Positions 43,416 through 58,437 of a DNA stretch of 64,000 bases are shown piece after piece; positions within the stretch are counted from its first letter, which is position 1, and the number at the start of each line of letters is the position of its first letter. The position numbers and the translations under genes were made by a program. The notes under the pieces were generated by a model. It was not told the DNA's origin and did not search any database. It saw only the letters and a list, made by a program, of their open reading frames with translations. Origin of the DNA: Eledone cirrhosa. Lineage: Eukaryota. The DNA is taken from assembly GCA_964016885.1 (NCBI GenBank), contig OZ024740.1:65968001-66032000 (forward strand). The letters are read 5' to 3'.

Positions 43416-43822
43416 TGGTTCTAGTTGAAAATAATTAACATATTTAAAAACAGAGCGGCTCATCGGAACTTCAAAGGAATATAAATTAACATAAGGAGAG
43501 AATCTTACATAATGTAATGTTCCATATATTACTATTTCACTATGGTGTCCTGGTTGTATCAGTTGTCAAACATAATGAAGCAGTATTCATCTGTCGAGGC
43601 TGCATTGTGCGAGATCTGCCTATGGGTAACAAGATGGCTGCCAAAGGACATATTTACCTTACTAAATAGAGGGTGGTTTCAGGGGAAGTAACTCCTCGAG
43701 TGATTAGAAATTGTGGGTAGTTTATAGTTAACCAGATCAATAATGATATATAGTCATCTGATCCAGAAATATTATATGGAGTAGCGAAGCAATTGTAAAC
43801 GGACATTATTATTATTAATATT

Positions 43823-43890
43823 AAGGGCGGTGGATTGGCAGTATTGGTAGAGAGTCGGACGCCATGCTGTGACGTATAGAGTTACGGCCA
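43823..43890 (+). mobile_element. SINE 5' fragment
   Basis: agggcggtggattggcagtattggtagagagtcggac head matches the other SINEs. Confidence 0.6.
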
Positions 43891-44069
43891 CTAACTTCTG
43901 CACGAACACAGCCACCTAGCTGCTTTCTACTGCATATTGCACATTGAGCACATGCCTTTACGTTTGGCTTCTAACTAATTCACCAATCTCTCCTCTCCTA
44001 TCTCGTCTCCTATCTCCATCTCTTTAAGATTGGATACTCTTGAACTGTGTATATATAAATATATATATA

Positions 44070-44168
<99 letters not shown>

Positions 44169-44942
44169 CAAAATAATAGGAGGATGTGTATATATTTCCC
44201 TTATTCCATAACCATACAGACCAAGTTAACCTCTCCTGAATTTCGACCATCTATGCAACTGAATATAATGTCACCATCGGATAAGCTAAACCAGAACCAC
44301 TATAAATAATATATTACCTGTATATTCTCTCTATACATACATGTCAAAGAATAGGATATTTCCCTTTACCCACCTTACGCCTATATAACACAATTTCAAT
44401 TGCACAACACTCCAACTCACACGGTTTACACTTAACATTTTGGGTCGCTCCTGAGTGCTTCTTGAGTGCTACTTGAGACGCATGGTCGGGTCGTCGGCGA
44501 CTAAACTCGCAACCCCACCAAGTTTACTTGGTGAGCAGGGTGATTTGGGGCACTCTGCAGGACAAAAAATAAAACCAGACAAAGGGCGGAAGAACTCATA
44601 AGTGTCAACGGCTATCCGAAAGTGTGTAGGTATGTATATACACATGTACCGCGCGGTTAAACCACTGGGAGTGAAGGAGCCCTAGCCTTTGTCGGGGCAT
44701 TTTTCTAGGAGAAGGCAACTCAGGAAACTGGGATAACTCCGATATAAAAGCTGCAACTCAGCAGTTACCAATGATGTTGATCTTTTCTTCTTTTTGGGTT
44801 ATAGCTACTGTCGCTCAGAGAGTGGGATTGGCTCAGTGTACATTCTTTCCTCACTGTGAAAAATATATATATTATACATATATTATATATATATATATAT
44901 TATATATATATATATATAATGTATATATATATATATATATAT

Positions 44943-44948
44943 ATAAAG

Positions 44949-44992
<44 letters not shown>

Positions 44993-45487
44993 ATAGATAT
45001 ATATGTGTTTTGCAACGGGTCACTTTGTAGCTCAATGAAGAATTAATAAATTAAATAATCAGAGCTATATATCATAAAACATGTCTATAGAATCACCAGA
45101 TAAAATATATACCGTTTCCTCTCTCAATTAGCATAATTAACCATATAAAAAATCAATTAGATCAAGCTATAAGAAACTAGAACAAAAGTGTACATATTTA
45201 ATTACCTCTACCCTTGTTTCGTCCGCATTTTAAGACGTCCGATAACATAGGATATCTAAACCTTCGGATTCTTCAGTAGTTCGGTCTGATTTAGACAATT
45301 AATTTTCCAAAGTGATCGCGCCAAGAATACATTCAAAAATGGGTAAGAATTGTGACGTGACAGAGGTCAAGTTATAAAGGATTTGATTATTAGCTTACGG
45401 CTGGTAGGCTTTTTGCTAGAAAGCGCAGCCAAATACAGCCACATTGTATCTCAACCTAACGGGAGATTATTACATATAAAGGTTTAC

Positions 45488-45490
<3 letters not shown>
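44943..45490 (-). mobile_element. Unit of the 659-bp HHR family (C)
   Basis: Homologous to 49953-50441 and 58521-59690; HHR at 45204-45281(-). Confidence 0.75.
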
Positions 45491-45554
<64 letters not shown>

Positions 45555-46862
45555 ATCAAAAGATGGTTAAAGGAGTTCCATGTATTTTATTATGCGCATT
45601 TCAAAAACAAACATCATCATGCAATAATATTTGTGTTTTCATCAGATAAAACAGGAGAACATGATATGAAGGCTAAAAAACACTTGTGGATAGTGCAGTT
45701 TTAAATCAACATATGAAAAGTAGTTTTCGATTGATGTGTGATATTGGGAAAAATATTTTATTTAGAGAGGGGGGGGAAGGATGAAAAAAGGGGAGGAGAT
45801 GAGAGTGAAGGTGGAGAGGGAGAGATGGGTGATAGAGAGAAAGAGATAGTTTTTATAACTGAGAGAAGATATATTGTTTTACATAGAGAGGTTGAAAACC
45901 GTTGGAAGATAATGTATGAATTAAACAAATTTGAAAATTAACGAAGGGAAAAATATGTACGAGGAAAAAAATATTTTATTTAGAGAGGGGGGGTGGAAAG
46001 GATGAAAAAAGGGGAGGAGATGAGAGTGAAGGTGGAGAGGGAGAGATGGGTGATAGAGAGAAAGAGATAGTTTTTATAACTGAGAAAAGATATATTGTTT
46101 TACATAGAGAGGTTGAGAACCGTTGGAAGATAATGTATAAATTAAAAGAATTTGAAAATTAACGAAGGGAAAAAAATATGTACGAGGAAAGAGAGGGAGT
46201 TGATATGTATTCAGATTAAAAATTGAGATTAAAAAGTTTGAAGATAGAGAGAAAAAATAATAATTGCGGATGAATATTCTAACGTCAAAAAGGTGTATGT
46301 TTATAAGTATTATGGCAATTTCAAAATTAATGAAGAGAAAAAATTATTAAGGTTTGCGTGTTGAAGGATTTGAGAAAAATAATGTGAAGTTAAAGTTTGT
46401 ATATTGAAGGAATTGATAATATGTGCGAAGAAAGAGTTAATATGTATTAAAAAACTATTAAGGTTTGTGTATTAGATGATTTGAGAAAAATAATGTGAAG
46501 TTAAGGTTTGTATATTGAAGGAATTGATAATATGTGCGAAGAAAGAGTTATGTATTAAGAATGAATATTCTAGCGTCAAAAGGAGAGGTAGTTAATGTAT
46601 TGAGATTAAAAAGTTTGATGATGGAGAGAAAAAAAAAAATAATAATAATAATAATTGCGGATGAATATTCTAACATCAAAAAAACAAATGTATATGTTAT
46701 GAAGGATTTTACAAGGTGAAGATAGAATGAGGGTAATGAGTAAACAAGTATTATAGAGTGTATAATGCCCTTTGAAGTAAGGTAGGAAGATGGGTATAAT
46801 TTAAAGAGGTGTGTGTATATGTGCCTTTGAGAAAAGAGTCTAAATTGATAAAGAATTGAATA

Positions 46863-49267
46863 TTAGTTGTATACTTTGTGAAAAGTCCTATGGAATTTAT
46901 GCAGGCAGATAGAAAACAAATCTGTACGTCTATTTATTATAGAATCTAGATTAGAGATAATGGTAAATTTTTCATTTAGGCAGAGATTACAGATTTTAGA
47001 TAGAGAGCTGTTCAAGTATGAGAACGCAGAAGAAACCTTCTTCCAAAAGATGGTATATTTAATGTTTTTGTCTTTCAAGGACCATATGAGTTCTGAGAGA
47101 GCCGTGTTGGTTCTTTTAAGTTTGTATTTAAAAGATGAATGATGATTATAGAGATATGAGCTTTAAAAGAGGTGGAAGTGGAGCCAAAATAGGTGAAGGA
47201 ATTGGTGCTAGTTATAACTTTACATTCATAAATTAAGTTTTTATCAAGACAATGGTTGTTGAGAGGACATTTATTTTTAATGCGGCAGTTGCAATTAGAG
47301 AGATTATTAATGAGTGACCTAGTGTTATCTATAGAAGGAATTGGATTGGAGAAGTTGTTTGCGATAGGAATAATAGGAATAATAGTTTCTTGATTTAGAG
47401 TTGGATTATGAACATTTAGCGAAGTTGTGTTTGACGTTGTATTTGGGTTTACAGAAATTAGCCTAGGGTTTACAATGACGTCGGGAGTACTATTACTGTT
47501 ATTATGAAATTCAATGTTGGAAGGAAGAGATTTAGTATTTAGTATTTTATTGTTGTGTTTAGAGATAATGTTGGAAATATTGGAGGATGTAGAATAAGAA
47601 AATTTGATGGTGTGTTTGTTAAATATTTTACTATAGATATGTGAGGGAGGGAAGCATTTATTTAAGGCACTAAAGAATAATTTAGGAATATTGTTATTAA
47701 TAGAGATGGAGAAAGGAGCATTATACCAGATTATGTTTTTGTATCTAGGTCTTTTATTAAAGTTATTGGAATGATCATGATTAACTATTCTACTGTATTT
47801 TTTTCTAGAATTTGTTTCTTTACTATATTTGATTTTATCTGGATAACCGGCTCTAGAAAGTGCGTTATTATAGTAATTGGCGTTAGCATCAAAGATGTTT
47901 TTATTAGAAGATATGTTAGATATTCTTTTTCCAATATTACTAACTGTAGCATTCTTGATATTGGTAGGATGGTTAGATTTAAAGTTAACATAATTTAGGT
48001 TCTCATTGTTTTTATGGTAAGGGTAATATAGGCCAGTGTCAAGATTAAGAGATACATCCAAGAAATTAGCTAGTTTGATACTATTATCAAATTCAATTCT
48101 TAGGTTATGTTGGTTAAAGAGATTACGTATGTTGTTCTTAATAATATTAAGGTTAACTATATTGCAATTTAAGATAGTAAAGAGTCCATCGTCATGATAA
48201 ATTCCACCGCGAAGTTGAGGAATTTTCCGACTCAAAGAGTTCAAAATAAAGATACCAATTAAATCAGTCAATTGGGATGAATCGGATGCTCCCATTGTGA
48301 TGTCGAAGTTGTTAGAGGTATCGGCTCTGGTCCAATATTCGTTGTTGAACTCTAGGATGGTTTTACGTGCGGTGAGGATGATGTGAAGTTCATATGTGGT
48401 GATGTCAGAATATTTAAGTGCGAAAGATAGAGCATTATTGAGAAGTGAAGGCGAAATGGAGGAATAGTAGCTGGCAATATCAAATTGAATAAATCTTAGT
48501 TTGTTTTTATTATCCAATTTGTTGAACCAGCCAATCACTTCAGAAGTACCAAACCATAAATTTAGGTTCAAAGAAGAGCAATTAGAACTAACCTGTGGGA
48601 TAATTCTATCCAAGATGACTTTACTAACAACCCCCAGATCAGATTTAGAGGGGGCGATTAATCTAACAGGTAGTTCAGTGCGAAAATTGTTTTTGTGATC
48701 CTAGAGATTTATCCTCGGAGTTCTTGGGAGGAATGGTTCAGTCTTTTTTTCAATGCCAAGTTTTGACATAATCTCAGAGGCTTCAAGGTTTATGTATTCT
48801 AAATTTTCATGGTTGGTTTTACGATACTTTTTCCTAAGTTCCTTTAGGATAAGGTTGTTATATTTATCCTTGGAAATACCATATAAGTTATTGGTTTTGT
48901 CAGAGTGGACTAAAACATTTTTTGAGGAATTTAGGTTAGAAATTGTGTTCTTGATATTTACAAGGTGCTCTTGTCCTTTGTAAGGGTATCTCTTGAATTT
49001 AAGATTTTTTATTATTTTAGTTAATTCTTCCTCGAATTGTACTAGATTTATGTTGGAAGGAGGATTTCGTCTAGAATTAAATAGGTGATCGAGGAAGTTG
49101 TGTTCTTTGGTATAGAAGTTCCCTTTTAGGCGCTGGTCATAGAAATAGGCTGTCCATCTAAGTCTTCTTACAAAGGAGTCAGTTTTTTCAATAAGAAGTT
49201 TGGTGGATTCAGATTTACCAGGTATAGGCATGTCTTTAGTTGAATTGGTTATGTTGTAATAATCCAT
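46863..49267 (-). pseudogene. Full-length-sized PLE RT-GIY-YIG ORF (about 800 codons) with a TAG at 48701 and a frameshift near 47155
   Basis: MDYYNITNSTKDMPIP, FVRRLRWTA, HSDKTNNLY, FDIASYYSSI, DITMGASD, GIYHDD, CNCRIKNKCP, YFGST, CNLCLNE, CLH. Confidence 0.88.
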
Positions 49268-49691
49268 GTTGTAGAAGAAGAGGTAAAAGACCATCAAAAG
49301 GTATCCAATATGAGAGTAAGCGCTCAACCGTTAAGGAGCAAGTTAATGTAGGAGGTGAGTTTTATTGTAGTACAATAAAGCAATGCAGATATCGGATAAG
49401 AAGCACTCTACCGTTTGTAGGACTGGAGTATACGTAATATATAAGATCTCTATGTAAAACAATATATCTTCTCTCAGTTATAAAAACTATCTCTTTCTCT
49501 CTATCACCCATCTCTCCCTCTCCACGTTCACTCTCATCTCCTCCCTTTTTTTCATCGTTTCCACCCCACCCCCCTCTCTAAATAAAATATTTTTCCCAAT
49601 ATCACACATCAATCTAAAACTACTTTTCATATGTTGATTTAAAACTGCACTATCCACAAATGTTTTTTAGCCTTCATATCATGTTCTCCTG

Positions 49692-49758
49692 TTTTATCTG
49701 ATGAAAACACAAATATTATTGCATGATGATGTTTGTTTTTGAAATGCGCATAATAAAA
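49692..49758 (+). ncRNA. Type I HHR of PLE-3
   Basis: ttttat-CTGATGA-aaacacaaatattatt(gc)atgatgatgtttgttttt-GAAA-tgcgca-TA-ataaaa; palindromic stem III ATGCGCAT. Mirror at 45585-45651(-). Confidence 0.85.
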
Positions 49759-49883
49759 TACATGGAACTCCTTTAACGATCTTTTGATCTTATATATTAT
49801 GTATACTCCAGTCCTACAAACTGTAGAGTGCTTCTTATCCGATATCTGCATTGCTTTATTGTACTACAATAAAACTCACCTCC

Positions 49884-49952
<69 letters not shown>

Positions 49953-49958
<6 letters not shown>

Positions 49959-50520
49959 AAAGATATATATGTTTTGCAACGGGTCACTTTGTGGCACAAT
50001 GAAGAATTAATAAATAAAATAATCAGAGCTATATGTCATAAAACATGTCTATAGATTCACCAGATAAAATATATACCGTTTCCTCTCCCAATTAGCATAA
50101 TTAACCATATAGAAAATCAATTACATAAAGCTATAAGAATAAAGGCTCCTATGAAGAAATCTCCGACAAATAACCGGAAGCCCCCCCCCCCCCCACGCGG
50201 AGGTTACTACGGTGTAGTTATCGAATATGTCGACAGCATGTGTAAATCGACCAGATATACAGTCAACTAAGCAGAATCAGGTGTAAAATAAACTAGAAGA
50301 AAAGTGTACATATTTAATTACCTCTACCATGGTTTCGTCCGCATTTTAAGACATCCGATAACATAGGATATCTAGAGCTTCGGATTCTTCAGGAATTAGC
50401 TCAAATTTAGACAATTAATTTTCCAAAGTACTCGCGCCAAGATTATATGGTTAATTATGCTAATTGGGAGAGGAAACGGAATATATTTTATCTGGTGATT
50501 CTATAGACATGTTTTATGAT
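49953..50520 (-). mobile_element. Family C unit plus short inverted 3' copy
   Basis: HHR at 50320-50397(-). 50033-50110 is inverted at about 50445-50520. Confidence 0.75.
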
Positions 50521-50523
50521 ATA

Positions 50524-50562
<39 letters not shown>

Positions 50563-50619
50563 CATATATATTATATATATATATTATAAATATAATATAT
50601 ATATATATATATATAAAAT

Positions 50620-51357
50620 AAAGTTAAATAAAAGTCAAATGATTAAAATTTAGCTTCGTTTATTACTGCTATATATATTTCAGTGACAGCCATCTTTGGC
50701 TGTGACCTCTTCAGGCAGTTTGAATTAGTATGGTATAGACAAGTACATATGTTGTTTAGGTGTATAATATTGCCAATACTCTGATATGCCCAGTTCCTTG
50801 TTTGGTTGTTAATTCACTGAGGAACTGGGGTCATATGAATTCAAACGAACGAATTTCAGTGTCAAAGGCCCCCTTCTCCTCTCATTGGTCAGTTATTAGA
50901 ACATTCCTTATTCTAAGTGTTGTTATTGTTGGAGTTAGCTTAACAATTGATAAAATGGTAGAGGGGACAAGGTGTTAAAGGAACAAAATAACAAAAAAAG
51001 TGTCAAACTTCCCATTGGTCAGTTCTGAGAGCATTCCTCAGTCAGAAGTCTATAGAATTCTTTCTGGGGTGAGGCTCCCTGTAGTGTTGTTGCCTGCTAT
51101 TGTTCAGTACATTTGACCTCCACCATTATTTTGGTACTGTTGTTGGTGTAGTGGTCAGCTTATATCTTGCTGCAGCTAACAATTCTAATGGTGCTTCTAA
51201 ATTGTTAGCAGCAGCAAGATATAAGCTGACCACTACACCAACAACAGTACCAAAATAATGGTGGAGGTCAAATGTAGTGAACAATAGCAGGCAAAAACAC
51301 TACAGGGAGCCTCACCCCAGAAAGAATTCTATAAACTTCTGACTGAGGAATGCTCTA
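50620..51357 (-). mobile_element. Family A PLE 3' fragment with internal fold-back
   Basis: actgc-CTGAAGA-ggtcacagcca(aaga)tggctgtcact-GAAA-tatata-TA-gcagt-AATAAA at 50665-50719(-). About 51028-51184 is inverted at 51200-51356. Confidence 0.75.
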
Positions 51358-51359
51358 AC

Positions 51360-51889
<530 letters not shown>

Positions 51890-52030
51890 TATATTTCTTT
51901 TATTTGCCACTAGGGCATCAAAAGTGGGACAAGTACAGTATATATATATATATATAGATAGATAGATAGATATATAATGTATATATTATATATATATATA
52001 TTATATATACATATATATATATATATAGAA

Positions 52031-52931
52031 ATTATAGAAATTACATGAATCAAAGTTCTGTTTAAACCATTTATTAGCTTACAATTGTTTCTTCCAAACC
52101 GAGGTTTGGAGTCTTCGGAGCAATTTTTCAATGATTGTTTACATACATGACCTCCTTTCCAACACAAGAGACATACAGAAATATATGTATATATCGATGC
52201 ACAGTGGGTTGACATCCATTATAATATTTTAGCATGGCAATTTACATTTAAAGATTAAAGTCATGTTAAAAGAAGATTAAAACAAAATTAAAGTTAAAAT
52301 ACAACATTGGCAGTTTACCAAGATAACGAAGATAATTACTTTACCAATACAACCCACATAATACTCTTTATTGCCCGCTTAAAGTGCTTTTATTCCATAT
52401 CACACCTTGCCGCACTATCATCTTATATAAATAAGACACACGTGCATGCCACACGTGTAACTATTGCATACACTAACTACTTCAAACTATCCTATTGCAT
52501 TATCTTCGTAAACTGCCAATGTTGTATTTTAACTTTAATTTTGTTTTAATCTTCTTTTAATATGAATTTAATCTTTGAATGTAAATTGCCATGCTAAAAT
52601 ATTATAATGGATGTCAACCCACTGTGCATCGATATATACATATGTTTATGTATGTCTCTTCTGTTGTAAAGGAGGTCATGTATGTAAATAATCATTGAAA
52701 AATTGCTCCGAAGACCCCAAACCTCGGTTTCGAAGAACCAATTGTAAGCTAATAAATGGTCTGAACATAACTTTAATTCATGTAATTTCTATATAACTGC
52801 TCTGTAGAACAACTGATGGTATTACATTCAGCTATTTATCTTACTGGTAATAAGGTAGTAATAAATTACTGTCTTTCACTGTTTAGGGTTTGAAATATAT
52901 ATAAGTATATACATAACCATAAATAGTGTCC

Positions 52932-52937
<6 letters not shown>
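52031..52937. mobile_element. Palindromic pair with HHR variant
   Basis: 52031-52318 is inverted at 52508-52794. gct-CCGAAGA-ctccaaac(ctcg)gtttggaa-GAAA-caattg-TA-agc-tAATAAA at 52077-52121(-), with a mirror at 52705-52749. Confidence 0.75.
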
Positions 52938-53026
<89 letters not shown>

Positions 53027-53173
53027 TATGTATATATATATATAATATATATATATATTATATATATACATAATATAAATATATACATATTATATATATA
53101 TATATTATAAATATATTATATATATGTGTATATATATATTATATATATATATTATAAATATATATATATATAT

Positions 53174-54472
53174 AATATTAAATAAATGGAAACTATATTT
53201 ATAAAACCATATTTATTTCATTATATATATTTCAGGGATATCATATTAACAATATGCTATGCCTTCCTCAGACAAAAGACAATATAAACAGTTTTATAGA
53301 TAAATAGATTTGACATACCGTAACAACATCGACTTGTATTTGAAAAAGTTGAATTGGCATTGAAAAAATTGTACACAGAGAGAAAGAAAGAGAGAATAAA
53401 GGAAAGAAAGACAGAAAACGAAGAAAAAGAAGAAAAAGAAGAAATGCATGGAACAAAATAGAGAGATGGAAAGATAGATAAAGAGAAGAACTTCATGTAA
53501 AGAAACAGAGAGAGATATATATATATATAGAGAGAGGAAATAGAGATAGATACATATATATAGAAAACTAAGTAGTGGGACGTCCGTTGAGTAAACGTAT
53601 CAATGATACATTTATTTATTTATTTATTTATTTATTTAGCTCTAGTAATAATGTAAGGGAGATATATGGAGAGAAACCAGCTGTTATATAGAGAGAAAAA
53701 TTTAAAAATAACCAGACATAGGCGAGGCGTAAAAACCCTATGTTTTAATGTAGAGGTATTAGTATGTATAAAAACCAGCCACTATTTATACATACTAATA
53801 CCTCTACATTAAAACATAGGGTTTTTACGCCTCGCCTATGTCTGGTTATTTTTAAATTTTTCTCTCTATATAACAGCTGGTTTCTCTCCATATATCTCCC
53901 TTACATTAATACTAGAGCTAAATAAATAAATAAATAAATAAATAAATGTATCATTGATACGTTTACTCAACGGACGTCCCACTACCTAGTTTTCTATATA
54001 TATGTATCTATCTCTATTTCCTCTCTCTCTCTATATATATATATCTCTCTGTTTCTTTACATGAAGTTCTTCTCTTTATCTATCTTTCCATCTCTCTATT
54101 TTGTTCCATGCATTTCTTCTTTTTCTTCTTTTTCTTCGTTTTCTGTCTTTCTTTCCTTTTTTCTCTCTTTCTTTCTCTCTGTGTACAATTTTTTCACTGC
54201 CAATTCAACTTTTTCAAATACAAGTCGATGTTGTTACGGTATGTCAAATCTATTTATCTATAAAACTGTTTATATTGTATTTTGTCTGAGGAAGGCATAG
54301 CATATTGTTAATATGATATCCCTGAAATATATATAATGAAATAAATATGGTTTTATAAATATAGTTTCCATTTATTTAATATTGTAAATATACTCCAAAT
54401 ACTTGTCGAGTGCTTTTATATCAGTTATAAATATTTAATAGTTGTAACCCAACAATTTAAATATAACTTTCC
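53174..54472. mobile_element. Non-coding palindromic pair of the PLE-2 family
   Basis: Arms 53174-53768 and 53789-54383 with a spacer of about 20 nt. HHR with CTGAGGA core in both arms; (TA)n flanks. Confidence 0.88.
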
Positions 54473-54563
<91 letters not shown>

Positions 54564-54574
54564 ATATATATATA

Positions 54575-54612
<38 letters not shown>

Positions 54613-54693
54613 TATTATATATATATATAATATATTAATATATATATTATATATATATATATACAAATATATATATATATATATATATATCAT

Positions 54694-54793
<100 letters not shown>

Positions 54794-55327
54794 CTAGCAG
54801 AAATATCACCTTTCGGGTGGTTTTCTGCTAGCATGTGTACTGTGTATATTGATACTATACACAAGTATATATGTAGATATGATACATCAAATAAAATCGT
54901 AATTGACAATATAAACAGAAATTGAAGGATGACGTTGATACACAGTCTTATGTAATCAGTAAAGTAATCCATGATACATTAAAAAAAGACGATATTATAT
55001 ATAAACTGCATTAGAACATTTGTAACAGAAAATTAGTATGTTTATGTAAGTGATCGGCACCGGAAGTGTTGACATCACACACACAGTCTTTCTATATATA
55101 TGGTAGTTGAAATGGTGTTGGTGGCAACGATATACCAGAAGTGCAACTTTGAAAAGAAGTCAATTTTAAATTATTTATTCTTTCGAAATTTTTTTAGTTT
55201 ACAAAATTTAGTAGATAAATTATGTAATATTCATTCATTATTTAGTCAAATTAACCCGACTTATTTTACTAACGGGATAAAAAAAAAACCTACGCAATTC
55301 CGCAGACCTTCCTTTATTATAGTTTAG

Positions 55328-55387
<60 letters not shown>

Positions 55388-56141
55388 GATGTACTGAACA
55401 TATTTAAATTGAAATAAATGTGTTATCAATACGGTTTATATTATTTATTCTGAGCCTTATTTATTGAACATAAAACCTATACTTTTCGAAAATCTCTTGC
55501 CGCATATTTTGATCATGCGTTAATCTTATTACATTAAATCTAGTGAACAGATAAATATAATTTATATTTTGGAGGAATATGTTTTGAATTTGATATTAGA
55601 AGTGATCTCATATATTTTGAATTACCTAACATATACTATATATATGTAGGTAATGTTTGATACAATACATATATATATATATATATATATACGTGTATGT
55701 GTGTATATTTGTGTGAGCGTGAGTGTTATCGTATTAGGAAAGCCAATACAGAGCAAATCGGAAGAAAACTGAAAACTGGAACAAAATATGATTAACGAAA
55801 TAAAATAAGCTAAGAGCAGTGACACTTTCAGCTTATATTTCATTTACAAAGCATCATGTAAAGATATCTGCACCGAAACCATCTTTACTAATACTACTAC
55901 TACTGCAGCTAATGTTGATGATGATCACGATGATAATGATGATATTGATGATGATGATGATGGTGAAGGTGATGGAGTTGTTGTTGCTACTACGACACAC
56001 AACCGGAGTGTCTATACACGCATATAGACTGATCAAACAACTCAATTTCGAGCATACACACATCCAAACAGGTGCACCAACACATACACGCTCCCTCAAA
56101 AATACAGTCAAACACCCATCCACACAACCTGATATCCATAT

Positions 56142-56381
56142 CAGGGGAGGTGGAAACAGTTCTGACCTCATGTGGGTGGGTGGGGGTTTGAATGTGGACA
56201 AATTAGTTGAAGTGATTAGTTTAGCTCTTTGCACTCTAAAATGGTCAGAAAACATCGATATGCGATATAAATAACATGCCCCAAAATTGTAGCTTATATC
56301 CAAATCGATATGTTTTGATAGTTTGGGGAAAAAATATTACTGGAGGGAGGCATTCCTTCCGCCCCTGTTCCACCATCACTG
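56142..56381. mobile_element. Putative MITE (relative of 29017-29272)
   Basis: Shared internal sequence; termini caggggaggtggaa / ttccaccatcactg. Confidence 0.4.
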
Positions 56382-56536
56382 TATATATATAATTTTCAAA
56401 AAATTATACTCCATGATATTTCCTAAGAGGTTAATATACCGAGCTTCCTCGCATTTGGCTATAAACTGGTATCACACCCATATTTTAAATCTCATATATA
56501 TATATATACATATATATATACATATATATATATATA

Positions 56537-58437
56537 TAAATTGAAACAAAATGAAAACGAAATTTCATTTCTCACTCTTAGTATGGCACTTACTTAAATG
56601 TAAGTATGCATGTATACGTACATACATATATGTATACAGACGTACAGTAGCATGCACATATATATATATATATACACATATATATACATATGCATACAGG
56701 TACACATACATATATGCACGTATCAGTTTAGCGGCGCTAACGTCGCTTTGTTCGTTTGTAAACAAACTAAACAGCCTGAATTTATGCCATACGGTGTTAA
56801 GGCAACCACGTCACCTTTTTGTTCAACACTGACAGAGGAACGATGTACTAGTTTCAAGCTTGTTAGCTATCATCAGCACCGTTTACCCATCTGCCAGATA
56901 GTTGAACGTTCGAAAGTATATACTTTCCTTATGAAAATTAACGGCTGAGCAGCCTAATTTGCATATTGAGTGAGTTAAATCGGTCAGGCATACCGAAAAC
57001 GATAAATTGAAACAAAATGAAAACGAAATTTCATTTCTCACTCTTAGTATGGCACTTACTTAAATGTAAGTATGCATGTATACGTACATACATATATGTA
57101 TACAGACGTACAGTAGCATGCACATATATATATATATATACACATATATATACATATGCATACAGGTACACATACATATATGCACGTATCAGTTTAGCGG
57201 CGCTAACGTCGCTTTGTTCGTTTGTAAACAAACTGAACAGCCTGAATTTATGCCATACGGTGTTAAGGCAACCACGTCACCTTTTTGTTCAACACTGACA
57301 CAGGAACGATGTACTAGTTTCAAGCTTGTTAGCTATCATCAGCACCGTTTACCCATCTGCCAGATAGTTGAACGTTCGAAAGTATATACTTTCCTTATGA
57401 AAATTAACGGCTGAGCAGCCTAATTTGCATATTGAGTGAGTTAAATCGGTCAGGCATACCGAAAACGATAAATTGAAACAAAATGAAAACGAAATTTCAT
57501 TTCTCACTCTTAGTATGGCACTTACTTAAATGTAAGTATGCATGTATACGTACATACATATATGTATACAGACGTACAGTAGCATGCACATATATATATA
57601 TATATATACACATATATATACATATGCATACAGGTACACATACATATATGCACGTATCAGTTTAGCGGCGCTAACGTCGCTTTGTTCGTTTGTAAACAAA
57701 CTGAACAGCCTGAATTTATGCCATACGGTGTTAAGGCAACCACGTAACCTTTTTGTTCAACACTGACACAGGAACGATGTACTAGTTTCAAGCTTGTTAG
57801 CTATCATCAGCACCGTTTACCCATCTGCCAGATAGTTGAACGTTCGAAAGTATATACTTTCCTTATGAAAATTAACGGCTGAGCAGCCTAATTTGCATAT
57901 TGAGTGAGTTAAATGTGCATGCTACTGTACGTCTGTATACATATATGTATGTACGTATACATGCATACTTACATTTAAGTAAGTGCCATACTAAGAGTGA
58001 GAAATGACATTTCGTTTTCATTTTGTTTCAATTTATCGTTTTCGGTATGCCTGACCGATTTAACTCACTCAATATGCAAATTAGGCTGCTCAGCCGTTAA
58101 TTTTCATAAGGAAAGTATATACTTTCGAACGTTCAACTATCTGGCAGATGGGTAAACGGTGCTGATGATAGCTAACAAGCTTGAAACTAGTACATCGTTC
58201 CTGTGTCAGTGTTGAACAAAAAGGTGACGTGGTTGCCTTAACACCGTATGGCATAAATTCAGGCTGTTCAGTTTGTTTACAAACGAACAAAGCGACGTTA
58301 GCGCCGCTAAACTGATACGTGCATATACGTATGTGTACCTGTATGCATATGTATATATATGTGTATATATATATATATATATGTGCATGCTACTGTACGT
58401 CTGTATACATATATGTATGTACGTATACATGCATACT

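Larger units (their letters stand above)
45551..49887 (-). mobile_element. PLE-3: near full-length Naiad-like Penelope element with inverted 3' arm
   Basis: ORF 49267-46863 and 3' UTR to 45551. 45551-45890 is inverted at 49448-49795, and 49346-49448 is inverted at 49786-49887. (TA)n on both sides. Confidence 0.9.

Noticed and set aside
44440-44840. Possible RTE 5' UTR fragment (ctaggagaaggcaactc motif)
   Set aside because: The resemblance rests on one short motif from memory, and there is no adjacent coding sequence.
55819-56303. ORFs of about 150 aa on both strands
   Set aside because: Driven by (GAT)n/(CTA)n trinucleotide tracts and a repeat fragment; no domain features.
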